Positions 26,375 through 35,976 of a DNA stretch of 64,000 nt are shown here, piece by piece. Both the position numbers and the translations under genes were made by a program. Below the pieces are notes generated by a model. It made no database searches. It was not told the origin of the DNA and worked only from the letters and a program-made list of their open reading frames with translations. The stretch's first letter is position 1. Every line of letters begins with the position of its first letter. The DNA lies in IMG/VR virus record IMGVR_UViG_3300035070_003385, positions 96,001 to 160,000 of that record; one strand, given 5' to 3'. Origin of the DNA: a virus.

Positions 26375-27231
26375 TTACTCTTGAACAATTTAGCGCAATG
26401 ATACCAAGAAATAAAGAACCTGAAGCCTGGTATGAAAATGTTGTTGACATGTTTAAAAAATATGATATAATAACACCATTACGTATTGCTGGTTTTATGG
26501 CACAATGTGGTCATGAATCAGCTGACTTTACTGCACTCGAAGAAAATTTAAATTATAGCGAAAAAGCTTTGAATGGTGTATTTGGTAGGTATTTTGGAAA
26601 AGATAAAAGAAACGCAGCTGATTATGCTCGTAAACCTGAAAAGATTGCTAACTATGTGTACCAAGATGAATTCCGTTCTAAACGCGGGGCAATGGGTAAT
26701 ACAGAAGACGGTGATGGTTGGAGATTCCGCGGTAGAGGAATTAAACAGTTAACCGGGCGCAACAACTATACTGCATTTGGCAAATCTGTTGGAATGTCAG
26801 CAGAAGAAGCGGCTGAATACGTAGCAACGAAAAAGGGTGCTCTTGAGTCAGCTTGCTGGTTTTGGGCCACAAACAAAATTGATAGATATGCAGACAATGA
26901 CGATATTGTAGGAATGACAAAACGTATTAACGGCGGTACAATTGGTTTAGACGACCGTAAATCACGATATGCAAGGGCAAAAAGTATTTTAGGTGGTGAA
27001 AGTATTCCAACGCCAAAGAAAACTTCAAGCAGCTCCTCGTCTAATAAAAGAACACTGCGCAAAGGCATGAAAGGCGACGATGTTGCTAAAATGCAAAAAG
27101 CTCTCGGTGTTACTGCAGACGGCGATTTTGGGTTTGGTACTTTGGGTGTAGTAAAAAAATGGCAGCGATCAAACGGATTAACTCCAGACGGTATAGTTGG
27201 TCCAAAGACTCAAGCAAAAATGTTTAGATGA
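26371..27231 (+). CDS. endolysin: GH19 lysozyme plus C-terminal peptidoglycan-binding domain
   Basis: AQCGHES, EENLNYS, DGWRFRGRGIKQLTGRNNY; LRKGMKGDDV..DGDFG..DGIVGPKT. Confidence 0.92.
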   Translation: MITLEQFSAMIPRNKEPEAWYENVVDMFKKYDIITPLRIAGFMAQCGHESADFTALEENLNYSEKALNGVFGRYFGKDKRNAADYARKPEKIANYVYQDEFRSKRGAMGNTEDGDGWRFRGRGIKQLTGRNNYTAFGKSVGMSAEEAAEYVATKKGALESACWFWATNKIDRYADNDDIVGMTKRINGGTIGLDDRKSRYARAKSILGGESIPTPKKTSSSSSSNKRTLRKGMKGDDVAKMQKALGVTADGDFGFGTLGVVKKWQRSNGLTPDGIVGPKTQAKMFR

Positions 27232-27276
27232 TAAATAATAAATAAGTTAAACCACAAACGAATAAGGAGACAGTAA

Positions 27277-27621
27277 ATGTCAATTAGAGATATTATAGAG
27301 CACTCGGTTAATAAAAATCCTCTCGCTATGAAAGAAGCATTGGACGAAGAAATGCGTAATCGTATTGCTATAGCAATCCAAGAAAAAATGATGGCAGAAA
27401 AAAATGATGAAATGTTGGAAGCATCTGATGATGATGAAGACGACGAAGATGAAGATGATGCCGATGACAATGATGATGACGAAGACGAAATGGCGTCTGA
27501 AATGAAAAATCTCCATGCTTCTTCATGTGGCAAAACAGAAATGTATGCCAAAATGAAAGAAAAATATGGTTGTGATAAAGCAACATTTGAAGGTTTATAC
27601 GCTTCTTACTGCAATAGTTAA
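27277..27621 (+). CDS. gp67-like prohead core / acidic protein
   Basis: N-terminal helix then DDDEDDEDEDDADDNDDDEDE tract, same architecture as T4 gp67. Confidence 0.45.
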   Translation: MSIRDIIEHSVNKNPLAMKEALDEEMRNRIAIAIQEKMMAEKNDEMLEASDDDEDDEDEDDADDNDDDEDEMASEMKNLHASSCGKTEMYAKMKEKYGCDKATFEGLYASYCNS

Positions 27622-27630
27622 AAAGTTCAT

Positions 27631-28080
27631 ATGGCAAAATTATATCTTTTAATCATATTAGCTAGCATTATCGGTGGCTTAGGTTACGCTGCTAAAAGCT
27701 ACTATGAATGGTCAGAAGAAACCATTGGAACACTTCGTGAAAATAACGTTAAATTAGCATCTGCAGCCGAAACTCTACAAAATACAGTAGATCAAATGGT
27801 TGCAGATGCTGAACGCAACGAAGAGCTGAATCAAAATCTTACAATACAGTTAGCAGCATCACGTGAATATTTAAACACTTTACGAAATAAATTTGCGCGT
27901 ATTGATTTAACTATGGAAGCCTTACAGGATCCTACAAACTTAGAGGAAAGGGTACAGCGTGCAGTTGACAGACTTATCAGTGACATCGCTGAAGACACTA
28001 CCGCTCCTGGTGATATCACTGATGCTCCTGACGGGGTGTCTGGGGAGAACGCCGGAACCGACAGTAGTAGTTCAGACTGA
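27631..28080 (+). CDS. i-spanin (Rz-like)
   Basis: N-terminal TM helix plus periplasmic coiled coil, downstream of endolysin. Confidence 0.7.
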   Translation: MAKLYLLIILASIIGGLGYAAKSYYEWSEETIGTLRENNVKLASAAETLQNTVDQMVADAERNEELNQNLTIQLAASREYLNTLRNKFARIDLTMEALQDPTNLEERVQRAVDRLISDIAEDTTAPGDITDAPDGVSGENAGTDSSSSD

Positions 28081-28339
28081 ATATCAAAAACAAAATATTC
28101 CAATTCAAGCAAGACCTCCTAAGGTAGAGTTTCCACCAGTTGAGTGGAGTGTTATTACCGAAGATAACATTGACGTAAAAATGGAAGAGCTGAAAGGTTC
28201 AACTGGCAATTTCGTCGTGTTTGCTGTAGGACCTAAAGGTTACGAAAATCTTGCTATTGGTATTGGTGAATTACGTCGATATATTAATGAACAAAAAGCT
28301 ATAATTGTTTACTATGAAGATGCTTTAAAGAATAAATAA
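27980..28339 (+). CDS. o-spanin lipoprotein (Rz1-like), overlapping i-spanin
   Basis: Lipobox LLTG-C; Pro-rich (ARPPKVEFPP); start codon uncertain (GTG 27980). Confidence 0.7.
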   Translation: MTSLKTLPLLVISLMLLTGCLGRTPEPTVVVQTEYQKQNIPIQARPPKVEFPPVEWSVITEDNIDVKMEELKGSTGNFVVFAVGPKGYENLAIGIGELRRYINEQKAIIVYYEDALKNK

Positions 28340-28369
28340 ATTTTATAAACTTCATTATGTTAAATATTG

Positions 28370-28393
28370 GGAGGTGTAATACCTCCTTTTTTA
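28370..28393 (+). terminator. rho-independent terminator
   Basis: GGAGGT-GTAAT-ACCTCC then TTTTTT. Confidence 0.8.
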
Positions 28394-28419
28394 ATTTAAA
28401 AACAAAGAAGTAAACACAA

Positions 28420-28887
28420 ATGGCCAATGAAGAATTAAATACACTAAAAACAGATGTTGCTGTTATAAAAAAAGATATAAAACAAATAGATCGTGTATTC
28501 AATAAAGTTGATGGCGCAATCGAAGACATGTCTGAACTTCATAAAATCGCGGCAGTGCAAGATACGATATTAGAAAATACCGAAAGAAGACTCGTAAGTC
28601 TAGAAAACAATTTCGTAAAACACGGTGATGATGAACTTGCGTTTAGGAAAGATCTAAATAAATCTTTAAATGAAATGAAAGAAGAGGCACAAATCCAAAG
28701 AGAGCGTCGACATAAAGAAGTTTTAGAAACGCTCAACTCAATGAACTCGTCAGTAAAAAAACGCCTTGAAATACAAGATGAAAGAGTACGAGCATTGGAA
28801 AATTGGAGATGGTGGATCCTAGGTGCGTCAGCAGGACTTGTTTTCGTTTTAACAAAATATAATATGTTAATGTCTTTTTTTAGTTGA
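28420..28887 (+). CDS. coiled-coil protein with C-terminal TM (gp61.1-like)
   Basis: LENWRWWILG..TM; directly upstream of primase as in other T4-like phages. Confidence 0.6.
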   Translation: MANEELNTLKTDVAVIKKDIKQIDRVFNKVDGAIEDMSELHKIAAVQDTILENTERRLVSLENNFVKHGDDELAFRKDLNKSLNEMKEEAQIQRERRHKEVLETLNSMNSSVKKRLEIQDERVRALENWRWWILGASAGLVFVLTKYNMLMSFFS

Positions 28888-28912
28888 CATTTTATAATAT
28901 TGGTGTTATATT
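28884..28912 (+). promoter_or_regulatory. sigma70-type promoter
   Basis: TTGACA-17bp-TATATT. Confidence 0.75.
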
Positions 28913-28947
28913 GAATAGTAACCATATAAATCAACTTGTGAGGCGAA

Positions 28948-29961
28948 ATGGTAGATTTCGTAGACCTTCATTATGCAACTTTGTTATCAAACAGGCTCGA
29001 ACGCTTTCGAGTTAGATCTACAAACCCATATAAAATAAATTTTAGATGCCCAGCGTGTGGTGATTCGCAAACATCACGAACAAAGGCTAGAGGATGGTTG
29101 TTAGAAAAAGATAACACGTTTCATTTTTATTGTCATAATTGTGGAGCAAGCCAATCTTTTTCATATTTCCTAAAAAGCGTTGATAACCTAGTTTATAACG
29201 ATTACATATCTGAAAAGTTTGTAAAAAAAGTAAGTGAAAAACAACCAGAAAAAACGGCAATAGAAAAAACAAAATTTGAAAAACCAGTATTTAATACAAA
29301 TCCATTAAAAAAACTTAAAAAGATAAGTCAATTGGATGTTAACCATCCTTTAAAAAAATATATAATGAAGCGTGGCATTCCACCTGAGCATCATTATCGA
29401 ATGTTTTACGCACAAAAATTTAAAACATGGATCAATAGTGTCATTCCAAATAAATTTGAAAATGTTGGAAAAGATGAGCCTCGTTTAGTAATACCATTCG
29501 TGGATAAAAAAGGTAAAGTCTTTGGAGTTTCAGCAAGAGGTTTCGACCCAAAGGGAATGCGCTATATTACAATTATGTTTGACGATCGCCCAAAGATTTT
29601 TGGCCTTGATAAAGTTGATTTTAATAAAAAATATTTTGTAGTTGAAGGAGCACTTGACAGCATGTTTCTTTCAAACGCAGTAGCGATGGCCGGTGCAGAA
29701 GGTAGTACTGCCGCGCTACAAAATATAACTAATGCGACGTTTGTATTCGATGCCGAGCCAAGAAACAAAGAAATTCACAAACGAATGGAAAAAATAATTC
29801 GTAACGGTAATAAAATTTGTATTTGGCCGTCTGATGTTCCAGCAAAAGATATTAACGAAATGGTATTGGCTGGTGCAAATAACGTTGAAGAAATCATTTG
29901 TAATAATACATATACTAGCTTAGAAGCTAATTTAAAATTAATGGCATGGAGAAAAGCATGA
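28948..29961 (+). CDS. 61: DNA primase gp61
   Basis: CPACGDS..CHNC zinc finger, EPRLVIP, VVEGALDS TOPRIM, KDINEM. Confidence 0.95.
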   Translation: MVDFVDLHYATLLSNRLERFRVRSTNPYKINFRCPACGDSQTSRTKARGWLLEKDNTFHFYCHNCGASQSFSYFLKSVDNLVYNDYISEKFVKKVSEKQPEKTAIEKTKFEKPVFNTNPLKKLKKISQLDVNHPLKKYIMKRGIPPEHHYRMFYAQKFKTWINSVIPNKFENVGKDEPRLVIPFVDKKGKVFGVSARGFDPKGMRYITIMFDDRPKIFGLDKVDFNKKYFVVEGALDSMFLSNAVAMAGAEGSTAALQNITNATFVFDAEPRNKEIHKRMEKIIRNGNKICIWPSDVPAKDINEMVLAGANNVEEIICNNTYTSLEANLKLMAWRKA

Positions 29962-30431
29962 TACGGGCAATATTAGCATGTGATGATGATTGGGGTATAG
30001 GTAAAGGTGGTCAACTTCCTTGGCCTAATAACAAAGCTGACTTAAAATGGTTTAAAGAAACGACACTAAACGGGACAGTTATTATGGGTCGAAAAACGTG
30101 GGATAGTTTACCATTCAAACCGTTGCCAAACAGAAAAAATATTGTAGTTTCTAATACTATGAAACACCAGGAAGGTATTGAAGTAATTCGTTCTGATATT
30201 TTTAATTCGAGAATGAGCATTCTTAGTAAAGAAAATAATGTGTGGATGATTGGCGGTTGCCATTTAATAGAAAATAACTTACCTATTATTGATGAATTTT
30301 GGTTGAGCCGCATCAATGGTGTATATGATTGTGAAATATTTTTGCCTAAAACGTTAATTGAATTAACGTACGAATTATATAGTAGTGAGCGTGAAGGTGA
30401 AGTATATGTAGACAAATGGAAAAAGATATAA
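29958..30431 (+). CDS. frd: dihydrofolate reductase
   Basis: GIGKGGQLPW, DLKWFKETT, IMGRKTWDSL, PLPNRKN, IGG. Confidence 0.93.
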   Translation: MIRAILACDDDWGIGKGGQLPWPNNKADLKWFKETTLNGTVIMGRKTWDSLPFKPLPNRKNIVVSNTMKHQEGIEVIRSDIFNSRMSILSKENNVWMIGGCHLIENNLPIIDEFWLSRINGVYDCEIFLPKTLIELTYELYSSEREGEVYVDKWKKI

Positions 30432-31321
30432 TGCATCAATATAAAAAACTAATTAATGATATTATCGCAAATGGCGAAAACGTAAGTGATAGAACTGGTG
30501 TAGGAACACGCTCTATCTTTGGTTATCAAATGAAGTTTGATCTCGGTGAAGGCTTTCCTGCAGTCACCATAAAAAAGCTTGCGTGGAAAGCAGTTGTTGG
30601 GGAACTGCTGTGGTTTCTTGAAGGTGGTACTGATGAACGTCGTTTAGCCGAACTTACATTTGGTAAAGACCGTGAAGATTTGGTTAAAAAGAAAACCATT
30701 TGGACAGCAAATGCTGATAAGCAAGGCGTGGAGCTTGGGCATTATAATGACGAATACATCAAGGATCTTGGTCCAGTATATGGATCCCAGTGGAGAAAGT
30801 TTTCTTATTATCAGGATGATCCAAGAGGTGTAGACCAAGTACTAAGTGTAATTAAACAAATTAAACAAACGCCTGATTCTCGACGCATTATTATGTCGGC
30901 CTGGAACCCTATGGTATTGAATACAATGGCTTTACCTCCTTGTCACGTTATGGCACAATTCGTAGTACGCAATGGAAAACTACATTGTCAAATGTATCAA
31001 AGGTCTGCAGACGTAGGTCTCGGGGTTCCATTTAATATTGCATCATATGCACTACTTACTCATATTATTGCAAGAGAATGTAAGCTTGATGTTGGTACAT
31101 ATGTACATACGATTGGCGATGCTCATATCTATAACGACCATTCATATAGTTTGGTGGAAATATTAGAAAGAGAACCATATCCGCTTCCAACTCTTGAAAT
31201 AGACGAGTCTTTCGATTTAATTGAACGTCTTTCAGTTGGTTTTAAAAAGGAAGATTCTTCTTTATTTAAACTAATTAACTATAATCACCATTCAGAAATT
31301 AAAATGAATATGGCGGTGTAA
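30431..31321 (+). CDS. td: thymidylate synthase (ThyA)
   Basis: DRTGVGT, ELLWFL, GPVYG.QWR, ALPPCH, YQRSADVGLGVPFNIASY, DAHIY. Confidence 0.96.
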   Translation: MHQYKKLINDIIANGENVSDRTGVGTRSIFGYQMKFDLGEGFPAVTIKKLAWKAVVGELLWFLEGGTDERRLAELTFGKDREDLVKKKTIWTANADKQGVELGHYNDEYIKDLGPVYGSQWRKFSYYQDDPRGVDQVLSVIKQIKQTPDSRRIIMSAWNPMVLNTMALPPCHVMAQFVVRNGKLHCQMYQRSADVGLGVPFNIASYALLTHIIARECKLDVGTYVHTIGDAHIYNDHSYSLVEILEREPYPLPTLEIDESFDLIERLSVGFKKEDSSLFKLINYNHHSEIKMNMAV

Positions 31322-31486
31322 AAAATTAAAAATATGTGAAACAATTAAAGCATATTGCGTGTAATACTAATAAATATAACATGTTGTTGACATTACCTGT
31401 CTAAAAATTCAAAAAATAAAAAATAAAAATAAAAACCGTATTGCGGAATACGTTTTCTTTACTTAATCAACAAAAAAGGTACTTGT

Positions 31487-32767
31487 ATGTTACAAAATTC
31501 TTTGACTCCAGAATATTTCAAAAAAGTAAATTATGTTTTAAAGCGAGACGGCACTACTGAAGGATTTGACGCAAGCAAAATAGAAACCGCAGTTTCTAAG
31601 GCAATGAAATCTATTGGAATTAGGAGTAAGAATCTTTCTAACGAAGTTACTGATGAGGTGGAAACGCTTTTAAACAATGATCCAAAAGATGTTATAGTAG
31701 ATGTTGACTCAGTCCATAAAGCAGTAGAAAACGTAATTATGGATATGGGTTTACACGATTTGGCTCGTGAGTATATTCTTTTCCGTTTTAATAACAAACC
31801 GAATATTTTTCGTAAACGTGCAGCATTAAAACCATACGAGTATCCACAGCTAGTTGAATACACAGATGCAATTCGTCATTCATATTGGGTACATACAGAA
31901 TTTAATTATTCTTCAGATATTCAAGATATGAAAGTCAAAATGGATCCATCTGAAGTTGAAATCGTAAAGAAAGCTATGTTAGCTATTTCACAAATCGAAG
32001 TTGCTGTTAAAACATTTTGGTCTAAGATTGGCGATCGTTTTCCTAAACCTGAAGTAGCTGCTGTCGGTATTACATTTGGTGAATCAGAAGTACGCCACGC
32101 CGATGCATATTCGAACTTAATTGAAATCATGGGTCTTAACGAAGAGTTTGAAAAAGTCGTAGAAGTGCCTGCTATGAAAAAGCGTATCGCTTACCTTGAG
32201 CAATCAATTGGATCGCCAGCAGATGATAAAGACTATTTCCATAAAATTATTTTATTTTCGATGTTCGTGGAAAACGTTTCGTTATTTAGCCAATTCCTTA
32301 TTATGATGGCTTTCAATAAACACAAAAATGTACTCAAAGGTATTTCAAACGCCGTTGAAGCTACATCCAAAGAAGAAGATATTCACGCTCGTTTTGGGTT
32401 TGAACTTGTGAATATTATTCGTGAAGAAAACCCAGATTGGTTTGATAAAGATAGTAACGCAGAAGTCAATCGTCTTTGCCGTGACGCATTCAAAGCAGAA
32501 TCAGCAATTGTTGATTGGATTTATGGCGACCACGATCTAGACTTTTTACCTAAAGCAACAGTGAAAGAATTTTTAAAGCACCGTTTTAATCAATCACTCA
32601 AAGCAATTGATATGAAGCCTTTGTATGAAGTAGATGAAGAAGCGGTCCGCAGCACTGACTGGTTTGTAGAAGAAATTTTAAGCACTAAAAACGTCGACTT
32701 TTTTGTTAAGCGTTCAACCGCGTATTCAAAGAAAACAAAAGCTTTCACTGAAGATGATTTATTTTAA
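31487..32767 (+). CDS. nrdB: ribonucleotide reductase beta subunit with N-terminal ATP-cone (class Id/NrdBi-like)
   Basis: VLKRDG..FDASKI ATP-cone; KPYEYP, QIEVAVKTFW, ESEVRHADAY, ENVSLFSQF, EEDIH, DFFVKRSTAY. Confidence 0.9.
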   Translation: MLQNSLTPEYFKKVNYVLKRDGTTEGFDASKIETAVSKAMKSIGIRSKNLSNEVTDEVETLLNNDPKDVIVDVDSVHKAVENVIMDMGLHDLAREYILFRFNNKPNIFRKRAALKPYEYPQLVEYTDAIRHSYWVHTEFNYSSDIQDMKVKMDPSEVEIVKKAMLAISQIEVAVKTFWSKIGDRFPKPEVAAVGITFGESEVRHADAYSNLIEIMGLNEEFEKVVEVPAMKKRIAYLEQSIGSPADDKDYFHKIILFSMFVENVSLFSQFLIMMAFNKHKNVLKGISNAVEATSKEEDIHARFGFELVNIIREENPDWFDKDSNAEVNRLCRDAFKAESAIVDWIYGDHDLDFLPKATVKEFLKHRFNQSLKAIDMKPLYEVDEEAVRSTDWFVEEILSTKNVDFFVKRSTAYSKKTKAFTEDDLF

Positions 32768-32778
32768 GGAAATATGTA

Positions 32779-34476
32779 ATGAGAAAATACAAAAAATTCT
32801 ATTGGCTAAATGATGACGCAAAGACATTTTTGTCGCGTGGTTATTTAGAAGAAAAAGAAAAGCCACAGGACCGTATTCGTGTCATTGCTGATAAAGCTGA
32901 ATGGTACCTTAAGGATATGGCAAAAACAAAAGCAGGTAAAACTACATATGATGGTTTTGCAGATAAGTTTTACGATTATATGAGCCGTGGATTTTATTCC
33001 TTAGCATCTCCTATTTGGGCTAACTACGGTAAAGAGCGTGGACTACCAGTATCATGCTTTGGTTCTTACATCGATGATAGCATGGAAGCAATACTATTTG
33101 GTCATGCTGAAAATGGTATGTTAATGAAAAACGGTGGTGGTACGTCAGGTTACTTTGGCGCTGTTCGTCATCGTGGTGCTCCAATTCGTGATTCAGGCGA
33201 GTCTTCAGGTTCAGTGCACTTTATGCAGATGTATGATACTTTGGCATCAGTTGTATCGCAAGGTTCAGTTCGCCGCGGTTTCTTTGCGGCATACCAAGAC
33301 ATTGAGCATCCTGATGCTGACGAGTTTCTAGACATTGGCACAGAAGGTAATCCTATCCAAGGGCTTACAACTGGTATCACTGTTAGTAATAAATTCATTG
33401 ATGAAATGAAAGCAGGCGATCCTGAGAAACGTCGTTTGTGGGCTAAGGTGCTACAGCGTCGTTCTGAAATTGGTTATCCTTATATCCTATTCTCGGATAA
33501 CGTAAACAACGGTCGCCCTCAAGTTTATAAAGATAAGGATATGCGAGTATATGCTTCCAATATGTGTGCCGAGATTGCATTGCCATCCTCACACGAAGAA
33601 ACGTTTACTTGTGTGCTATCATCTCTTAATGTTTTACATTGGGATGAAATCAAAGAAACAGATGCTATTGAAGTATTAACAATGTTTCTTGATACAGTAT
33701 GTGAAGAGTTTGTTCGTAAAACCGCCGGCCAAATCTATATGAAACGTGCTCGTGATTTTGCTGTGAAACACAGAGCCCTTGGTGCTGGTATTTTGGGCTG
33801 GCATTCGCATTTACAATCTAAAATGATTTCCTTTGAGTCAAAAGAAGCTGCGCAACTAAATCTTGAAATTGCTAAAACAATGCAAGAAAAATCATATCAA
33901 GCTTCGCGTGAAATGGCTAAGACATTAGGTGAGCCAGAATTGCTAGAAGGTTATGGAATGCGTAATACCACAACAATGGCTATTGCTCCTACAAAATCAT
34001 CGAGCTTTATCCTTGGGCAAGTATCACAATCCATTGAGCCAGAATTCTCTAACGCTTACGTTAAAGATTTGGCGAAAATGAAAGTTACTATTCGCAATCC
34101 ATATCTTAAGGAATTGCTTGTATCTAAAGATCAAGATACAGTTGATGTATGGGACTCTATTAAAACCCGCGATGGCTCAGTACAGCATCTTGAGTTCTTG
34201 ACTGAAGACGAACGCGCAGTATTTAAAACATTCTCTGAGATTAGTCCTAATACTATTGTTGACCAGGCAGCTATTCGTCAGCAATTCATTGACCAATCAC
34301 AAAGCTTAAACTTGATGCTTGATCCAGACATGACAGTTAAAGATATTAATTCGTTATATCTATATGCGGCTGAAATGGGCGTAAAAAGCTTGTATTATGC
34401 GTATTCTATGTCCGCGGCGCAATCACTAACTCGTAAACGCGTTATGTCTGATGATTGCGCAGCATGCGAAGCATAA
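32779..34476 (+). CDS. nrdA: ribonucleotide reductase alpha subunit, short, no ATP-cone (NrdAi-like)
   Basis: GLPVSCF, GGGTS, SNMCAEI, FTCVLSS, AIAPTKSSS, LYYAY, C-terminal CAACEA. Confidence 0.95.
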   Translation: MRKYKKFYWLNDDAKTFLSRGYLEEKEKPQDRIRVIADKAEWYLKDMAKTKAGKTTYDGFADKFYDYMSRGFYSLASPIWANYGKERGLPVSCFGSYIDDSMEAILFGHAENGMLMKNGGGTSGYFGAVRHRGAPIRDSGESSGSVHFMQMYDTLASVVSQGSVRRGFFAAYQDIEHPDADEFLDIGTEGNPIQGLTTGITVSNKFIDEMKAGDPEKRRLWAKVLQRRSEIGYPYILFSDNVNNGRPQVYKDKDMRVYASNMCAEIALPSSHEETFTCVLSSLNVLHWDEIKETDAIEVLTMFLDTVCEEFVRKTAGQIYMKRARDFAVKHRALGAGILGWHSHLQSKMISFESKEAAQLNLEIAKTMQEKSYQASREMAKTLGEPELLEGYGMRNTTTMAIAPTKSSSFILGQVSQSIEPEFSNAYVKDLAKMKVTIRNPYLKELLVSKDQDTVDVWDSIKTRDGSVQHLEFLTEDERAVFKTFSEISPNTIVDQAAIRQQFIDQSQSLNLMLDPDMTVKDINSLYLYAAEMGVKSLYYAYSMSAAQSLTRKRVMSDDCAACEA

Positions 34477-34490
34477 ATTAAAATAAACTA

Positions 34491-34519
34491 TTGACATTGT
34501 AATAGAATCAGTATATAAA
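34491..34519 (+). promoter_or_regulatory. sigma70-type promoter with GAATC in spacer
   Basis: TTGACA(34491), GAATCAG(34505), TATAAA. Confidence 0.65.
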
Positions 34520-34548
34520 TTATTAACGGTGAAAAAAAGGTTTGAACA

Positions 34549-35037
34549 ATGAAAAAAATACTAACTGGTTTATTAATTATATTTGCATCAGCTACGTCAT
34601 CCGCTGCAAATTGCAATAAAGAAAATCAAATCCACGCGCTAGCAATGAACATGTATCACGAGGCGCGTGGAGAAGGATCTGAAGCAATGCAATTGGTTGG
34701 AGAAGTGACTTTGAATAGAACTGGCAGTAAGCATTTTCCAAATAACATTTGTGATGTTGTTTATCAAGCGCGGCTTGATAGTAAAGGAAATCCAAAGCGT
34801 CATAAATGTCAATTTTCGTGGTTTTGCGATGGACGATCAGATAAACCTTATGATGCAAAATCATGGAAACTAGCTGAAGCCATAGCAAGCGGCCTTGTAA
34901 ATAAATCTATTTCATTAATTGGAATTAATGCCACGCACTATCATACAACGCGTGTAAAACCATATTGGGCAAAAAAATATAATAGGCTTGGTAGACATGG
35001 AGATCACATTTTTTATCAAATGGGAAACAAGCTGTGA
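34549..35037 (+). CDS. SleB-like cell wall hydrolase with signal peptide
   Basis: LAMNMYHEARGE, VTLNR, FPNNICDVVYQ, QFSWFCDG, ATHYH, HIFY. Confidence 0.9.
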   Translation: MKKILTGLLIIFASATSSAANCNKENQIHALAMNMYHEARGEGSEAMQLVGEVTLNRTGSKHFPNNICDVVYQARLDSKGNPKRHKCQFSWFCDGRSDKPYDAKSWKLAEAIASGLVNKSISLIGINATHYHTTRVKPYWAKKYNRLGRHGDHIFYQMGNKL

Positions 35038-35195
35038 TACGATGGTATGATTATATAGTAGCATTTTGGGCAGCATATATAATGCTAACTACAGCGTTTA
35101 CTATTCCTTGGGTTGGCTTTGTTATAGCATATGCTATGTATGAATACGGTTGGGACTATTATTGCCAATTTAGGCTACGGCTAGAAAATAATTAA
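35034..35195 (+). CDS. small membrane protein (53 aa)
   Basis: Hand translation from GTG: VIRWYDYIVAFWAAYIMLTTAFTIPWVGFVIAYAMYEYGW...; coupled to the previous stop. Confidence 0.55.
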   Translation: MIRWYDYIVAFWAAYIMLTTAFTIPWVGFVIAYAMYEYGWDYYCQFRLRLENN

Positions 35196-35217
35196 AAAAA
35201 TAGGAGTTATATTTAAA

Positions 35218-35442
35218 ATGTTACATACTATTGAATCTCTTATACAGCGTCTTGATATAATGAAAGATAAAGCAATTCAATTACATCGCATTCGCAATCA
35301 ATATAGCGAATTAAGTGAAAAAGAATATGATAAAGATTTTGCAAAAATGTTGTTAGACGACATACAAAGTATGGCATTATTGATTGCGCAAGATCGGGAA
35401 GGTAAAGAAATATTGACTGATATGGATGAATGGAAAAAATGA
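35218..35442 (+). CDS. hypothetical protein
   Basis: AGGAG RBS; ORF track. Confidence 0.7.
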   Translation: MLHTIESLIQRLDIMKDKAIQLHRIRNQYSELSEKEYDKDFAKMLLDDIQSMALLIAQDREGKEILTDMDEWKK

Positions 35443-35512
35443 AATATATGATTGACATCGATGACAAAGCATTTTGGAGTGAAAACTTCTTTCGTGAAAC
35501 AGGAGAAAAGCT

Positions 35513-35662
35513 ATGAATAATTTTAATGGATTATTTTTATCATTTGTATTGATTACCATTATGATGGTGGTGATTCCTATTATTTGGTTAGCAATCGCGT
35601 ATCCAAATAATTGTAAACAATCTGTTCTTATCCCATGCTTTGATTTGGAGGATACTCGATGA
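35513..35662 (+). CDS. small membrane protein (49 aa)
   Basis: Hand translation MNNFNGLFLSFVLITIMMVVIPIIWLAIAYPNNCK...; AGGAG RBS; coupled to next gene. Confidence 0.6.
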   Translation: MNNFNGLFLSFVLITIMMVVIPIIWLAIAYPNNCKQSVLIPCFDLEDTR

Positions 35663-35976
35663 GAGACTTTATTTTAGATAACTGGAACCTAGTAATGGAT
35701 TACGAAAAGAATCCATTGAGCAATATTCCATCACTGCCAGTACGACATATGGTTATGCAAGTGCTAGCATGGATGTGGGTAATTATATTTACTATCGCAA
35801 GCGGTACATGGGCCTGGGCTGGTATTAATGCTATTGTGCATACTGCACTAATTGCAGGTATTGTATTAACTGTTGCGGTATTTGAAACTGCAAAGCGCAA
35901 GCCTAGCGCATTTAATGCTTATAAAAATGTATTTGGCGCTTATAATGGTCGTGCTCGCGGCGGTGAACATGAATAA
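35659..35976 (+). CDS. membrane protein
   Basis: Two TM helices; GGAGG RBS. Confidence 0.7.
   Translation: MRDFILDNWNLVMDYEKNPLSNIPSLPVRHMVMQVLAWMWVIIFTIASGTWAWAGINAIVHTALIAGIVLTVAVFETAKRKPSAFNAYKNVFGAYNGRARGGEHE

Noticed and set aside
31321-31486. NrdR boxes, riboswitch or tRNA in the AT-rich gap before nrdB
   Set aside because: Only a TAATAAATA, A-runs and a 6-bp hairpin (31437-31452) are visible; no convincing consensus or cloverleaf
30431-34476. Group I introns or inteins in td/nrdB/nrdA (typical T4 sites)
   Set aside because: ORFs are continuous and of normal length; the NrdB extension is an ATP-cone, not an intein
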